Source: Phycisphaerae bacterium (lineage in GTDB: Bacteria; Planctomycetota; Phycisphaerae; SM23-33). From it: a stretch of DNA of 64,000 nt. A model generated the notes under the pieces. That model was not told where the DNA came from and did no database searches. It saw only the letters and a list, made by a program, of their open reading frames with translations. How positions within the stretch are numbered: position 1 is the first letter of the stretch; each line of letters begins with the position of its first letter. Position numbers and translations under genes: made by a program. Where the stretch lies: assembly GCA_049975485.1 (NCBI GenBank), contig JBNGDC010000001.1, forward strand, positions 144,996-208,995. The letters are read 5' to 3'. Shown here piece by piece: positions 17,703-26,130 of the stretch.

Positions 17703-19949
17703 ATGCAGCTTTTCGAGGATGGGCAATCTGTCTCCGCGGTCGGGCGGCGCGTGGTCGGCGTGGCCGTCAACGCGCACGTCTGGGGCGACTTCGACTATGT
17801 CTGGCCGGATGCTCTCGGCGAGCCACAGCGCGGGCAGCGCGTGCGCGTGCCCTTCGGCCGGGGGGACCGCCGGACGCTGGGCTTTGTCGTGGACCCGTCG
17901 CGGGAAGACCAACGCACGGGCGAGAAGCCCCGCAAGCTCAAAGCGGTAGCCGAGGTCCTGGATGAAGAGAGCCGGCTGACGACAAAACTCTGGGACCTGG
18001 CACACTGGATAAGCCACTACTACCTCGCACCGCTTGGCGTGACGCTGGCGGCTATGGTCCCCTCGGCCGTCGGCCGACGCGGCGAGCGGACCGAGCAGGT
18101 AGCCATTCTCACCAGCGGTCGTTCGGATTGGCCCTCGGCGCTGGGGGCTCGTCAGCGGCGCGTGCTGGATGAGCTTTTCGAGGCCCGCAGACAAGGGGTC
18201 GAGGAGCTTCCGCTCCGCGAGGTACTCCGCAAGAGCGGCGCCACCCGCGACAGCGTCAATCGGCTGGTGGGGCGGGGGCTGCTGCGGCTGGAGAGCCGTG
18301 AGGTCCGCCTGCCGGATATCACCGGCGAGCAGCACGAGCCGCAATTCGAGCTGAACGACGACCAGAAAAGCGTCCTTTCGGAGGTGCAGTCCGTCCTGGG
18401 CGGCGGCTTCCGCGCCATGCTGCTGCACGGAGTCACCGGCAGCGGCAAGACGGAAATCTACGTCCGCGCCATACGCCAGGTGATCGCCGCGGGCAAACAG
18501 GCAATCCTGCTTGTCCCGGAGATTGCCTTGGCGACGCAGACTCTGCATCGGCTGCTGGAACGCCTGCCCCGGGTGGCGGTTCTGCACAGCGGGCTGACCG
18601 ACGCCGAGCGGGCCTTTCACTACGAGCAGATACGCGGCGGAAACGCCGACGTGGTGGTGGGTCCACGCAGCGCCGTGTTCGCACCCACGCCGAATCCGGG
18701 GCTCATCGTGGTGGATGAGGAGCACGAGCCGTCTTACAAGCAGGACACCGCTCCCCGCTACCACGGCCGCGACACCGCCGTTAAGCGCGCCTCGCTGGAG
18801 GACGTTCCTATCCTGCTCGGCTCGGCGACTCCGTCGCTGGAGTCGCTGCACAATGCCCGTCGCGGCCGCTACAAGCTGCTCCGCCTGCCGAACCGCGTCC
18901 GTGGGTTGCCCATGCCGCATCTGGAAGTGGTCCACCTGCGCAAGGAGCTTGAGCCGGGCCGTATAGAGCTTATCGGGCGGACGCTTACGCAGAAGATGGC
19001 GGCCGCCCTGGACCGCCGCGAACAGATTATCCTGCTGATGAATCGCCGGGGTTACGCCAGTCACGTATTCTGTCCGTCGTGCGGGTGGATCATGACATGT
19101 CGTCACTGTACGCGGACGATGGTGTTCCATCAGGCGACGCAGATGGCGGTCTGTCATTACTGTCAGCAGTCGGCGCCTTTGCCGGAGGTCTGCCCGGCGT
19201 GCAGGGGCAAATTGCTGCTGTTCGGCTACGGTATCCAGAGGATAGAGAGCGAACTGGCAAGGAAGTTCCCCGAGGCGGCCTCGGCGAGGATGGACAGCGA
19301 CACGATGACCTCGCCTAAGCAGTTCCGCAAGGTCTTCGACGCCTTCGCTGCGGGGGAGATTGACATACTTCTGGGCACGCAGATGGTCGCCAAGGGGCTG
19401 GATTTCCCACGCGTGTCGCTGGTGGGCGTGGTCTCGGCCGACACTTCACTGGCGATACCGGACTTCCGGGCCGCGGAGCGGACTTTCCAGCTTATCGTGC
19501 AGGTGGCCGGCAGGGCGGGGCGGTCCGACAGGCCCGGCGAGGTGGTAGTCCAGACACTGAACGAAGACGAGCCGGCGATACACTTCGCCATCGGGCATGA
19601 CTACGAGGGCTTTGCCGACCAGGAGCTGCCGCTGCGGGAGGAGACGAATCTGCCGCCTTTCTCGCGTCTGGTGCGTTTCCTCATCAGGCACAGGGACGTC
19701 TCAAAGGCCGAAGCCGGCGCCACTGAGCTTGCCAGACGGCTGCGGGGGGTCCTGACGGCGCACGTGGGCATGCTGGGTCCGCAGCCGGCCGGTGTGAAGA
19801 AGATTCGCGACCGCTTCCGCTTCGAGCTGCTGCTGTTCTGCGACCGGCCAGGCTACGTTCAGGACCTGCTCGGCGGGCACATGGGCGAGCTGACAAAGGG
19901 CATAGCGGCCGAGATCGTCGCCGAGCCGGACCCGGTGAACCTGATGTGA
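17703..19949 (+). CDS. priA: primosomal protein N-prime (replication restart helicase PriA)
   Basis: Walker A GVTGSGKTE, DEEHE box, LGSATPS, and a Cys-rich zinc module (CPSCGW...CRHC...CHYC...CPAC). 748 aa. Confidence 0.9.
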   Translation: MQLFEDGQSVSAVGRRVVGVAVNAHVWGDFDYVWPDALGEPQRGQRVRVPFGRGDRRTLGFVVDPSREDQRTGEKPRKLKAVAEVLDEESRLTTKLWDLAHWISHYYLAPLGVTLAAMVPSAVGRRGERTEQVAILTSGRSDWPSALGARQRRVLDELFEARRQGVEELPLREVLRKSGATRDSVNRLVGRGLLRLESREVRLPDITGEQHEPQFELNDDQKSVLSEVQSVLGGGFRAMLLHGVTGSGKTEIYVRAIRQVIAAGKQAILLVPEIALATQTLHRLLERLPRVAVLHSGLTDAERAFHYEQIRGGNADVVVGPRSAVFAPTPNPGLIVVDEEHEPSYKQDTAPRYHGRDTAVKRASLEDVPILLGSATPSLESLHNARRGRYKLLRLPNRVRGLPMPHLEVVHLRKELEPGRIELIGRTLTQKMAAALDRREQIILLMNRRGYASHVFCPSCGWIMTCRHCTRTMVFHQATQMAVCHYCQQSAPLPEVCPACRGKLLLFGYGIQRIESELARKFPEAASARMDSDTMTSPKQFRKVFDAFAAGEIDILLGTQMVAKGLDFPRVSLVGVVSADTSLAIPDFRAAERTFQLIVQVAGRAGRSDRPGEVVVQTLNEDEPAIHFAIGHDYEGFADQELPLREETNLPPFSRLVRFLIRHRDVSKAEAGATELARRLRGVLTAHVGMLGPQPAGVKKIRDRFRFELLLFCDRPGYVQDLLGGHMGELTKGIAAEIVAEPDPVNLM

Positions 19950-20020
19950 CGGGTGTTGGTGAACTCGCGCATTCGTCCATTCGCCGCCTGGCCGCTCAGC
20001 GGCAATGGAACGCGGGGATT

Positions 20021-20097
20021 AGGCAATAGGCAGCAGGCAATAGGCAGCAGGCAGCAGGCATTAGGCAGCAGGCAAAAGGCAATAGACAGCAGGCATT
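20021..20097 (+). repeat. tandem heptanucleotide array (AGGCARY) x11 downstream of priA
   Basis: AGGCAAT AGGCAGC AGGCAAT AGGCAGC AGGCAGC AGGCATT AGGCAGC AGGCAAA AGGCAAT AGACAGC AGGCATT. It has the same family and orientation relative to the upstream gene as 3233-3270. Confidence 0.75.
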
Positions 20098-20100
20098 AGG

Positions 20101-20245
20101 CCATGGCTTCAGCCATGGTAGTGGTTGGCCTGTGCCTATTCACGGTCTTAGCCCGTTTCAACGGGCTTACCGCGGCATGAGGAAGGGCGTTGAAACGCCC
20201 TCAGGCATTTGAAGCGGCAGCATGATACCACGGCTAAAGCCGTGG
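20101..20245 (+). other. array of four short stem-loops (candidate structured RNA) between priA and pheA
   Basis: CCATGGC-TTCA-GCCATGG (20101-20118), AGCCCG-TTTCAA-CGGGCT (20150-20167), GGGCGT-TGAA-ACGCCC (20185-20200) and CCACGGC-TAAA-GCCGTGG (20228-20245). None is followed by a U-tract. Confidence 0.35.
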
Positions 20246-20448
20246 CATCAGGGACTTGCTCGTGAGGCAGGCAGCAAGCCGGTAGGCAATTGGCAGTGGT
20301 CAATAGGAAACCCCGGTTCGACACGAAGCTTACTGACGAGCGGACTGCTCAACGACTCAACTGATCGACTGCTTGACCGCAAGGGCCAACGGGGGCATCA
20401 AAAAACCTTGACCCTGACGGGGGCGGCCGTTACAAGGAACGGTCTTAA

Positions 20449-21588
20449 TTGAGCGGTCCGCTTATGCGCCGGGACCGCTTCGCGGCTTCCATGGTGAAAC
20501 AGAACTCCAACGAGCCAAGGGACCTGGAGTCTCTTCGTAAGCGGATCGACGAGCTTGACCGGAAAATCGTCGAGCTGCTCAACGAGCGCGCCGCGGTCGT
20601 GGTGGAGGTCGGCCGGACCAAGCTTCAGGACGGCACGCCCATTTACGCCCCGGACCGCGAGCAGAGCGTCCTGAGGCGGGTCTCGGAGCTGAACGCAGGC
20701 CCGTTGCCGCAGAGGACGCTACAGGCGATCTACCGCGAGTTGATGAGCGGTTCGTTCGCCCTGGAGAAACCACTGAGGGTGGGCTACCTGGGACCGCAGG
20801 GCACCTTTTCCCACATGGCCGCCCAGCGCAAGTTCGGCGGTTCGGTGGAGTACCGGGACCTTGCGGACATTCGGGCGGTGTTCCACGAGGTCATTCGCGG
20901 CCACTGCGACCTTGGGCTGGTGCCGATTGAGAACTCACTCGGCGGCGGCGTGATAGACACGATGGACTGCTTCATAGACGCAGACGTGAGCATCTGTGCG
21001 GAAGTTGTGGTGGAGATACACCACAACCTGCTGGCAAACTGCCCGCCGGAGCAGATAAAGGTTATCGCCTCCAAGCCGGAGGTCTTTGCCCAGTGCCGTG
21101 ACTGGCTTTCCAGCAGTTTCAACGACGCACAGCTCCTGCCGGTGGCCAGTACGTCCAAGGCCGCCGAAATGGCGGCTTCCGAGACGGGGCTTGCGGCCAT
21201 CGGGTCGGAGCTGGCGGCGGAGCTTTACGACCTGAAGATTGTCTTCGCCAACATCGAGGACAACCCGAACAACCAGACGCGGTTCTACGTGATCTCGCGC
21301 ACGCCGGCCAAACGGACCGGAAACGACAAGACGACGCTGCTTTTTACCACCGCCCACCGCTCCGGCGCGCTGGCGGAGGTGCTGAACGTACTGGCGAAGC
21401 ACGGTATCAACCTTACAAACATAGACACCCGTCCCTCCAAGCGGCGGAACTGGGAGTATTACTTCTTCGCGGACGCCGAAGGGCACTGCGAGGAGGATAG
21501 CTTCGCGGCCGCTCTGGAGGAGGTTCGGGAGCACTGCGGTATGTTGCACGTTTTGGGTAGCTACCCCAAGGCCACCGAGCCGGTATAG
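20449..21588 (+). CDS. pheA: bifunctional chorismate mutase / prephenate dehydratase
   Basis: N-terminal CM (LRKRIDELDRKIVELLNERAAVVVEVGRTK), a PDT domain (VGYLGPQGTFSH, ENSLGGGV, TRFYVISR) and a C-terminal ACT domain. An alternative start at 20491 is possible. Confidence 0.85.
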   Translation: MSGPLMRRDRFAASMVKQNSNEPRDLESLRKRIDELDRKIVELLNERAAVVVEVGRTKLQDGTPIYAPDREQSVLRRVSELNAGPLPQRTLQAIYRELMSGSFALEKPLRVGYLGPQGTFSHMAAQRKFGGSVEYRDLADIRAVFHEVIRGHCDLGLVPIENSLGGGVIDTMDCFIDADVSICAEVVVEIHHNLLANCPPEQIKVIASKPEVFAQCRDWLSSSFNDAQLLPVASTSKAAEMAASETGLAAIGSELAAELYDLKIVFANIEDNPNNQTRFYVISRTPAKRTGNDKTTLLFTTAHRSGALAEVLNVLAKHGINLTNIDTRPSKRRNWEYYFFADAEGHCEEDSFAAALEEVREHCGMLHVLGSYPKATEPV

Positions 21589-21600
21589 GTGAAAAGGTAG

Positions 21601-21633
21601 TTGGTTGACTGGTTGATTGGTTAACTGGTTGAT
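21601..21633 (+). repeat. tandem octanucleotide repeat (TGGTTRAY) x4 after pheA
   Basis: TTGGTTGAC TGGTTGAT TGGTTAAC TGGTTGAT. This is the same family as 12647-12678. Confidence 0.6.
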
Positions 21634-21651
21634 CGGCAGTCTTCGTGAGCG

Positions 21652-21671
21652 GGTCCCGGTGTTCCGGGACC
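21652..21671 (+). terminator. hairpin after pheA (possible terminator, no U-tract)
   Basis: GGTCCCGG-TGTT-CCGGGACC, an 8-bp stem. Confidence 0.3.
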
Positions 21672-21754
21672 TGCCCTGGTGACTACCGGCTACTGACCGG
21701 GCGGCGGGTTTTGTGGAAGAGTAACCGAAAAGGCATTCATGAAAGGAGCAGCAC

Positions 21755-22513
21755 GTGGCTCGTAAGCTGTTTATTGCCGGAAACTGGAAGATGAACCTCA
21801 ACCGCGCCGAGGCCGGTGAACTGGCCGGCGCGCTTAAGAGCAAAATCGGCGATGTTGACGCGGTGGACCTGGCCGTCTGCCCGCCGATGGTGCACCTGGA
21901 GACGGTGGGCAAGGCCGTCGCGGGCAGCAAAATCGCACTCGGCGCGCAGAACATGTTCTATGAGGACAACGGGGCGTTCACCGGGGAGACATCGTCGGCG
22001 ATGCTTCTCGATGCCGGTTGCCGGTATGTGATACTCGGCCACAGCGAGCGGCGGCACGTAATCGGGGAGTCCGACGAGCTTATCAATCGCAAGGTCCTCA
22101 AGGCGCTGAGTGACGGACTCGAGCCGATTCTGTGCGTGGGCGAGCTGCTGGAGCAGCGCGAGGCGAACGAGACCATGGAAGTCGTCCGCCGCCAGGTCGA
22201 GGTCGGCCTGGAAGGTGTCTCGTCCGCCGACGCCAAGCGTGTTACCATCGCGTACGAGCCGGTCTGGGCCATCGGCACCGGCAAGACCGCCACGCCGGAC
22301 CAGGCGCAGGAAGTGCACGCGATGATTCGCAAGCTGCTGAGCGAGCGTTTCGACGGGCCTGTGGCCGATACAATCAGGATACAGTACGGCGGGTCGGTGA
22401 AGCCGTCCAACGCGGGCGAGCTTCTGGGACAGCCCGATATCGACGGCGCCCTGGTGGGCGGGGCGAGTCTCAAGGCCGACGACTTTGCGGGAATCGTGGA
22501 AGCCGGTCAATGA
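21755..22513 (+). CDS. tpiA: triosephosphate isomerase
   Basis: GTG start with an AAAGGAG RBS. GNWKMN, GHSERR and AYEPVWAIGTG motifs. Confidence 0.95.
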   Translation: MARKLFIAGNWKMNLNRAEAGELAGALKSKIGDVDAVDLAVCPPMVHLETVGKAVAGSKIALGAQNMFYEDNGAFTGETSSAMLLDAGCRYVILGHSERRHVIGESDELINRKVLKALSDGLEPILCVGELLEQREANETMEVVRRQVEVGLEGVSSADAKRVTIAYEPVWAIGTGKTATPDQAQEVHAMIRKLLSERFDGPVADTIRIQYGGSVKPSNAGELLGQPDIDGALVGGASLKADDFAGIVEAGQ

Positions 22514-22559
22514 GTCGCGCCGCCCAGAAAGCAGCGCGGTATTAACGGAGAGCTGGCAG

Positions 22560-23210
22560 ATGGACATCTTTCTCGGAGTTCTGTTCCTTATAGTCTGCAT
22601 ATTGCTGATCGCGGTAATCCTGCTTCAGCGGGGCCGTGGCGGTGGTCTTGGCTCCGCTTTCGGGGGCGGCGCGGGCAGCAGCGCCTTCGGTACGCGGACC
22701 GGCGATGTGTTCACGTGGGTCACGATCGTGCTGACGGCCGCTTTTCTGCTGCTGGCCGTCGGGACGGTTATCGCCCACAAGCAGGAGCCGGACCAGGTGG
22801 CGACGCCCGAGTTCAGCCCCGCGCCGGGTCCCATAGATGAGCCGGTTAACGTCACCATAAGCTCGGAAACGCGGGGAGCGGAAATCTGGTACACGGTTGA
22901 CGGCGGCGAGCCGAAGCAAAATGAGTCCATGCCGTATGAGAAGAACCCCGTTCCGATCGAGCCGGGCATGACTCTCAGGGCGAAGGCCTACCGCCCCGGC
23001 TGGCAGGACAGCGAGGTGGCCGTGGGCGCCTACCTGGAACCGGTGCCGCCTGAGACGCCCGAAACAGAGGAGCCGGAAGCGCCGGCTGTTGACGCCGAAG
23101 ATGATGAGCAGTCGCAGACGGCGCCGGCGGGGGAGTCGGAGACCAAAAACACCGAGGAACCGACCACCCGGCCGGTAGAGGAAGCAACTACTCAACCGGT
23201 TGGGAGTTAG
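22560..23210 (+). CDS. secG: preprotein translocase subunit SecG with a roughly 140-aa C-terminal extension
   Basis: The conserved tpiA-secG pair is present. Two TM helices and a Gly-rich loop (LLQRGRGGGLGSAFGGGAGSSAFGTRTGD). The extension contains EIWYTVDGGEP...TLRAKAYRPGWQDSEV, resembling the chitobiase/hexosaminidase C-terminal (CHB_HEX_C) motif, and then an acidic Pro/Glu/Thr tail. Confidence 0.75.
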   Translation: MDIFLGVLFLIVCILLIAVILLQRGRGGGLGSAFGGGAGSSAFGTRTGDVFTWVTIVLTAAFLLLAVGTVIAHKQEPDQVATPEFSPAPGPIDEPVNVTISSETRGAEIWYTVDGGEPKQNESMPYEKNPVPIEPGMTLRAKAYRPGWQDSEVAVGAYLEPVPPETPETEEPEAPAVDAEDDEQSQTAPAGESETKNTEEPTTRPVEEATTQPVGS

Positions 23211-23220
23211 GGAATCTACA

Positions 23221-24105
23221 ATGGCGGTTCATTCCATGACGGGCTACGGCAGCGCCGCGGGCGTTGTGGACCGGATCGAGTATTCGGTGGAGGTCCGCAG
23301 CGTCAATAATCGCTACTTCAAGCCCAGCATACGTCTGCCGGACGTCTGGTCGCGGGCCGAGCCGGAGATAGAAAAGCTGCTGCGGTCGCAGATACGTCGC
23401 GGAACGGTGTCTGTCTCAGTGCAGATGAAGGTGCACGACGCCGAGGCCGCCTGGGACGTTAACGTGCCGGCCCTGAACCGCTACATCGAGCAGCTCCGTC
23501 CGCTGGAGGTGGAGGCGAACCCCATGCTGCATGTGGATATCGCCTCTATGATGCAGCTTCCCGGCGTGTGCGAGCCGCCCGACAGCGAGAAGATAATCGA
23601 GGCCTCGCGTGACAAGCTTTTTGCGCTTATCAACGAGGCCCTGGATGCGCTGGTGCGTATGCGTGCCCGCGAGGGTGAGTCCATCGAGCAGGACCTGAGG
23701 GAGAACTGCGACCTGATAGAGCAGCAGTTGGCCACGGTGCAGAAGCGCTCGCCGGTCGTGGTGGAGGAATACCGCCGGCGACTGACGGAAAGAATACGGG
23801 AGCTGACTGAGAACTCCGACCCGTCGCTCGCCGAGCAGACCCTCTCGCGCGAGGTGGCGGTCTTCGCCGACCGATGCGACATAGCCGAGGAGGTCTCGCG
23901 CCTCAGCGCCCACGTGGAGCAGTTCCGCAAGGCGCTTGGCGAGCGGGAGCCGTCCGGGCGTAAACTGGAGTTCATCGCCCAGGAGATGCTCCGCGAGGCC
24001 AACACCATCGCCTCGAAATCGGGCGATATGGAGATCTCGCGGGCGGTCGTGGAGATAAAGACCGGCGTGGACCGGATCAAGGAACAGGTTCAGAACGTTC
24101 AGTGA
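23221..24105 (+). CDS. yicC: YicC-family stress-induced protein
   Basis: N-terminal MAVHSMTGYG and a C-terminal DUF1732-like region. The yicC-gmk-rpoZ arrangement is conserved. Confidence 0.8.
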   Translation: MAVHSMTGYGSAAGVVDRIEYSVEVRSVNNRYFKPSIRLPDVWSRAEPEIEKLLRSQIRRGTVSVSVQMKVHDAEAAWDVNVPALNRYIEQLRPLEVEANPMLHVDIASMMQLPGVCEPPDSEKIIEASRDKLFALINEALDALVRMRAREGESIEQDLRENCDLIEQQLATVQKRSPVVVEEYRRRLTERIRELTENSDPSLAEQTLSREVAVFADRCDIAEEVSRLSAHVEQFRKALGEREPSGRKLEFIAQEMLREANTIASKSGDMEISRAVVEIKTGVDRIKEQVQNVQ

Positions 24106-24124
24106 GTATCGGCGGGCCGGCGGC

Positions 24125-24706
24125 GTGAGCGAAGACAGCGGGCATCTTGTGGTGATCAGCGGACCCAGCGGGGTCGGCAAGAGCACCATCGCCCACGAGG
24201 TGGTTCAGCGGACGGGCGCCGAATTCAGCGTCTCGGCGACGACGCGTTCGCCCCGACCTCACGAGCGGGACGGGCGGGATTACCACTTTGTGGACCGCGA
24301 GAAGTTTGAGAAGATGATCGCCGACGGCGAGTTGCTGGAATGGGCGGAGGTTTTCGGCGAGCTTTACGGCACGCCCGCCGGGCCGGTCCGCGAGGCGCTG
24401 CGGCAGGGACGCAATATACTGCTGGACGTGGACGTGCAGGGAGGCCGACAGGTGCACGAGTCCATGCCCGGCGCGACGTTCGTGCTTATCCTGCCGCCCA
24501 GCGACGAGGAGCTGGCCAGGCGTCTGCGGGGCAGGGGCAGTGAATCCGAGGAGCAGATCCGTCGGCGGCTGTCGAAGGCCCGCGAGGAAATCGCCGCCGC
24601 CGAGGCGCAGGGCATATATAATCACCGCGTGGTGAACGATCGCCTCGAAGACGCGATCGAGGCCGTTATGCGTATAGTCAATCAACCGGAGACTTCGAAA
24701 CAATGA
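24125..24706 (+). CDS. gmk: guanylate kinase
   Basis: GTG start. P-loop GPSGVGKST. The SATTR and EVFGELYGT regions are typical of Gmk. Confidence 0.9.
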   Translation: MSEDSGHLVVISGPSGVGKSTIAHEVVQRTGAEFSVSATTRSPRPHERDGRDYHFVDREKFEKMIADGELLEWAEVFGELYGTPAGPVREALRQGRNILLDVDVQGGRQVHESMPGATFVLILPPSDEELARRLRGRGSESEEQIRRRLSKAREEIAAAEAQGIYNHRVVNDRLEDAIEAVMRIVNQPETSKQ

Positions 24707-24933
24707 TCGAGGCCCTCAAGAGCGAAGAAATCGTCGAGAAGGTCGGTGGCCGCTTCAAGCTTACCGCACTGATGCAGAAGCGACTGGTGGAGCTTATGCA
24801 GGGCGCCCGCCCGCTGGTGGAGCGCAAGCGCGGCATGACCGACATGGAGGTCGTCGTCCAGGAGATTCTCGAGGACAAGATCGCCATCGACTACGACAAG
24901 TCCGATATCGACAGCCCCGAGGAATCGGACTGA
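24703..24933 (+). CDS. rpoZ: DNA-directed RNA polymerase subunit omega
   Basis: 76 aa with a GGRFKLTALMQKRLVEL core. It has a 4-nt ATGA overlap with gmk. Confidence 0.8.
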   Translation: MIEALKSEEIVEKVGGRFKLTALMQKRLVELMQGARPLVERKRGMTDMEVVVQEILEDKIAIDYDKSDIDSPEESD

Positions 24934-24959
24934 CCGCACAGCTTCAGCGGGAGTCGCAC

Positions 24960-25532
24960 ATGACCGGACAGCCCGACACGCCGTCGCCGCAGCACGAGGT
25001 GCTGCTGTGCGTTACGGGGGGTATTGCGTGCTACAAGTCGGCGGACCTGGCGAGCAAGCTGGTGGCCGACGGCTTTGGCGTGACGGTGGCGATGAGTGAG
25101 GCGGCCGAGAGGTTTGTCGCGCCGCTTACGTTCCAGACGCTCACGCGGCGACGGGTTTACACCTCGCTGTGGCAGTCCACGGAGCAGTATGAATCCACGC
25201 ATATCTCAACGTCGGACCTTGCGGAGCTGATGATAGTCGCGCCGGCGACGGCGGACACTATCGCCAAGCTGGCGACAGGCCTGGCCGACGATATTGTCTC
25301 CACGCTGCTGCTGGCCCGCCCGGCCGATTGCCCGCTGCTGCTGGCGCCGGCCATGAACACGCGCATGTGGCAGGCGCCGCCGACCCAGGCCAACATCGAA
25401 AAGCTCAAGGGCTGGGGCGTGCATACGGTAGGCCCGGCCGAGGGGCGGCTTGCATGCGGCGACACGGGACCCGGCAGAATGGCCGAGCCGGCGGACATAC
25501 TCGCCGCAGCCAAAAAGCTTCTGAGCGGGTAG
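24960..25532 (+). CDS. coaC: phosphopantothenoylcysteine decarboxylase (flavoprotein, CoaC half of CoaBC)
   Basis: LLCVTGGIACYK, MIVAPATADTIAKLATGLADD and PAMNTRMW motifs. It is encoded separately from coaB. Confidence 0.85.
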   Translation: MTGQPDTPSPQHEVLLCVTGGIACYKSADLASKLVADGFGVTVAMSEAAERFVAPLTFQTLTRRRVYTSLWQSTEQYESTHISTSDLAELMIVAPATADTIAKLATGLADDIVSTLLLARPADCPLLLAPAMNTRMWQAPPTQANIEKLKGWGVHTVGPAEGRLACGDTGPGRMAEPADILAAAKKLLSG

Positions 25533-25563
25533 AATGTCGTCGCCGTGATCGGGAACCAGGGGA

Positions 25564-25761
25564 ATGAAGGTCCGAGAAGTGATAAAATGGCTTCAGGATG
25601 ATGGATGGGTGCAGGTCGTGCAGCGAGGAAGCCATCGCCAGTTCAAGCATCCTGTGAAGCCCGGGAGAGTAACGGTTGCCGGTAATCCCTCCCACGACCT
25701 TGCCCCTGGAACACTGAACAGCATCGTGAAGCAGGCCGGACTTAAGGGTCGCAAGCCATGA
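25564..25761 (+). CDS. hicA: HicA-family mRNA interferase toxin
   Basis: 65 aa: MKVREVIKWLQDDGWVQVVQRGSHRQFKHP...GTLNSIVKQAGL, matching the YcfA/HicA fold signature. It overlaps hicB by 4 nt. Confidence 0.8.
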   Translation: MKVREVIKWLQDDGWVQVVQRGSHRQFKHPVKPGRVTVAGNPSHDLAPGTLNSIVKQAGLKGRKP

Positions 25762-25976
25762 ACTACCTCGTGGTCATCGAGAAGGCGGACGGGAATTACT
25801 CGGCCTATGTACCCGACCTGCCCGGATGCGTCGCCACAGGGGAGACGCTGGAGGAGGTCCGTTCGGCCGTCCGCGACGCGGTGGAGATGCACCTTGCCGG
25901 GCTTCGCGAGGATGGTCAGGAAATTCCGCCGGCACGGGCCATGGGCGAAGTGATCGAAGCCGGCTCCGGTCAATAA
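25758..25976 (+). CDS. hicB: HicB-family antitoxin (UPF0150)
   Basis: 72 aa: YLVVIEKADGNYSAYVPDLPGCVATGETLEEVRSAVRDAVEMHL. Confidence 0.8.
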   Translation: MNYLVVIEKADGNYSAYVPDLPGCVATGETLEEVRSAVRDAVEMHLAGLREDGQEIPPARAMGEVIEAGSGQ

Positions 25977-26130
25977 ACCGAGGGTTGGAAAATTCGGCCG
26001 ATTGTGCACTTTTCCAACGCGCCGGGGCTCCATCGCCAAGGTATGGGTAGCTCGGACCAGTCGGAACTGTGCGACGTCACCCGTACGGCACGGCCTTTAC
26101 CGCCACAGCGGCAATCGGTAAGCTCCGACC

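Noticed and set aside
17427-19157. 576-aa minus-strand ORF
   Set aside because: It is antisense to priA, which has Walker and zinc-finger motifs on the plus strand.
20021-20097. Heptad array as a CRISPR array
   Set aside because: The units are 7 nt with no spacers, and no cas genes are present. It is a microsatellite-like tandem repeat.
20222-20452. 76-aa ORF in the priA-pheA spacer as a possible pheA leader peptide
   Set aside because: It has no run of Phe codons, no RBS, and overlaps the stem-loop array. Attenuator logic is not supported.
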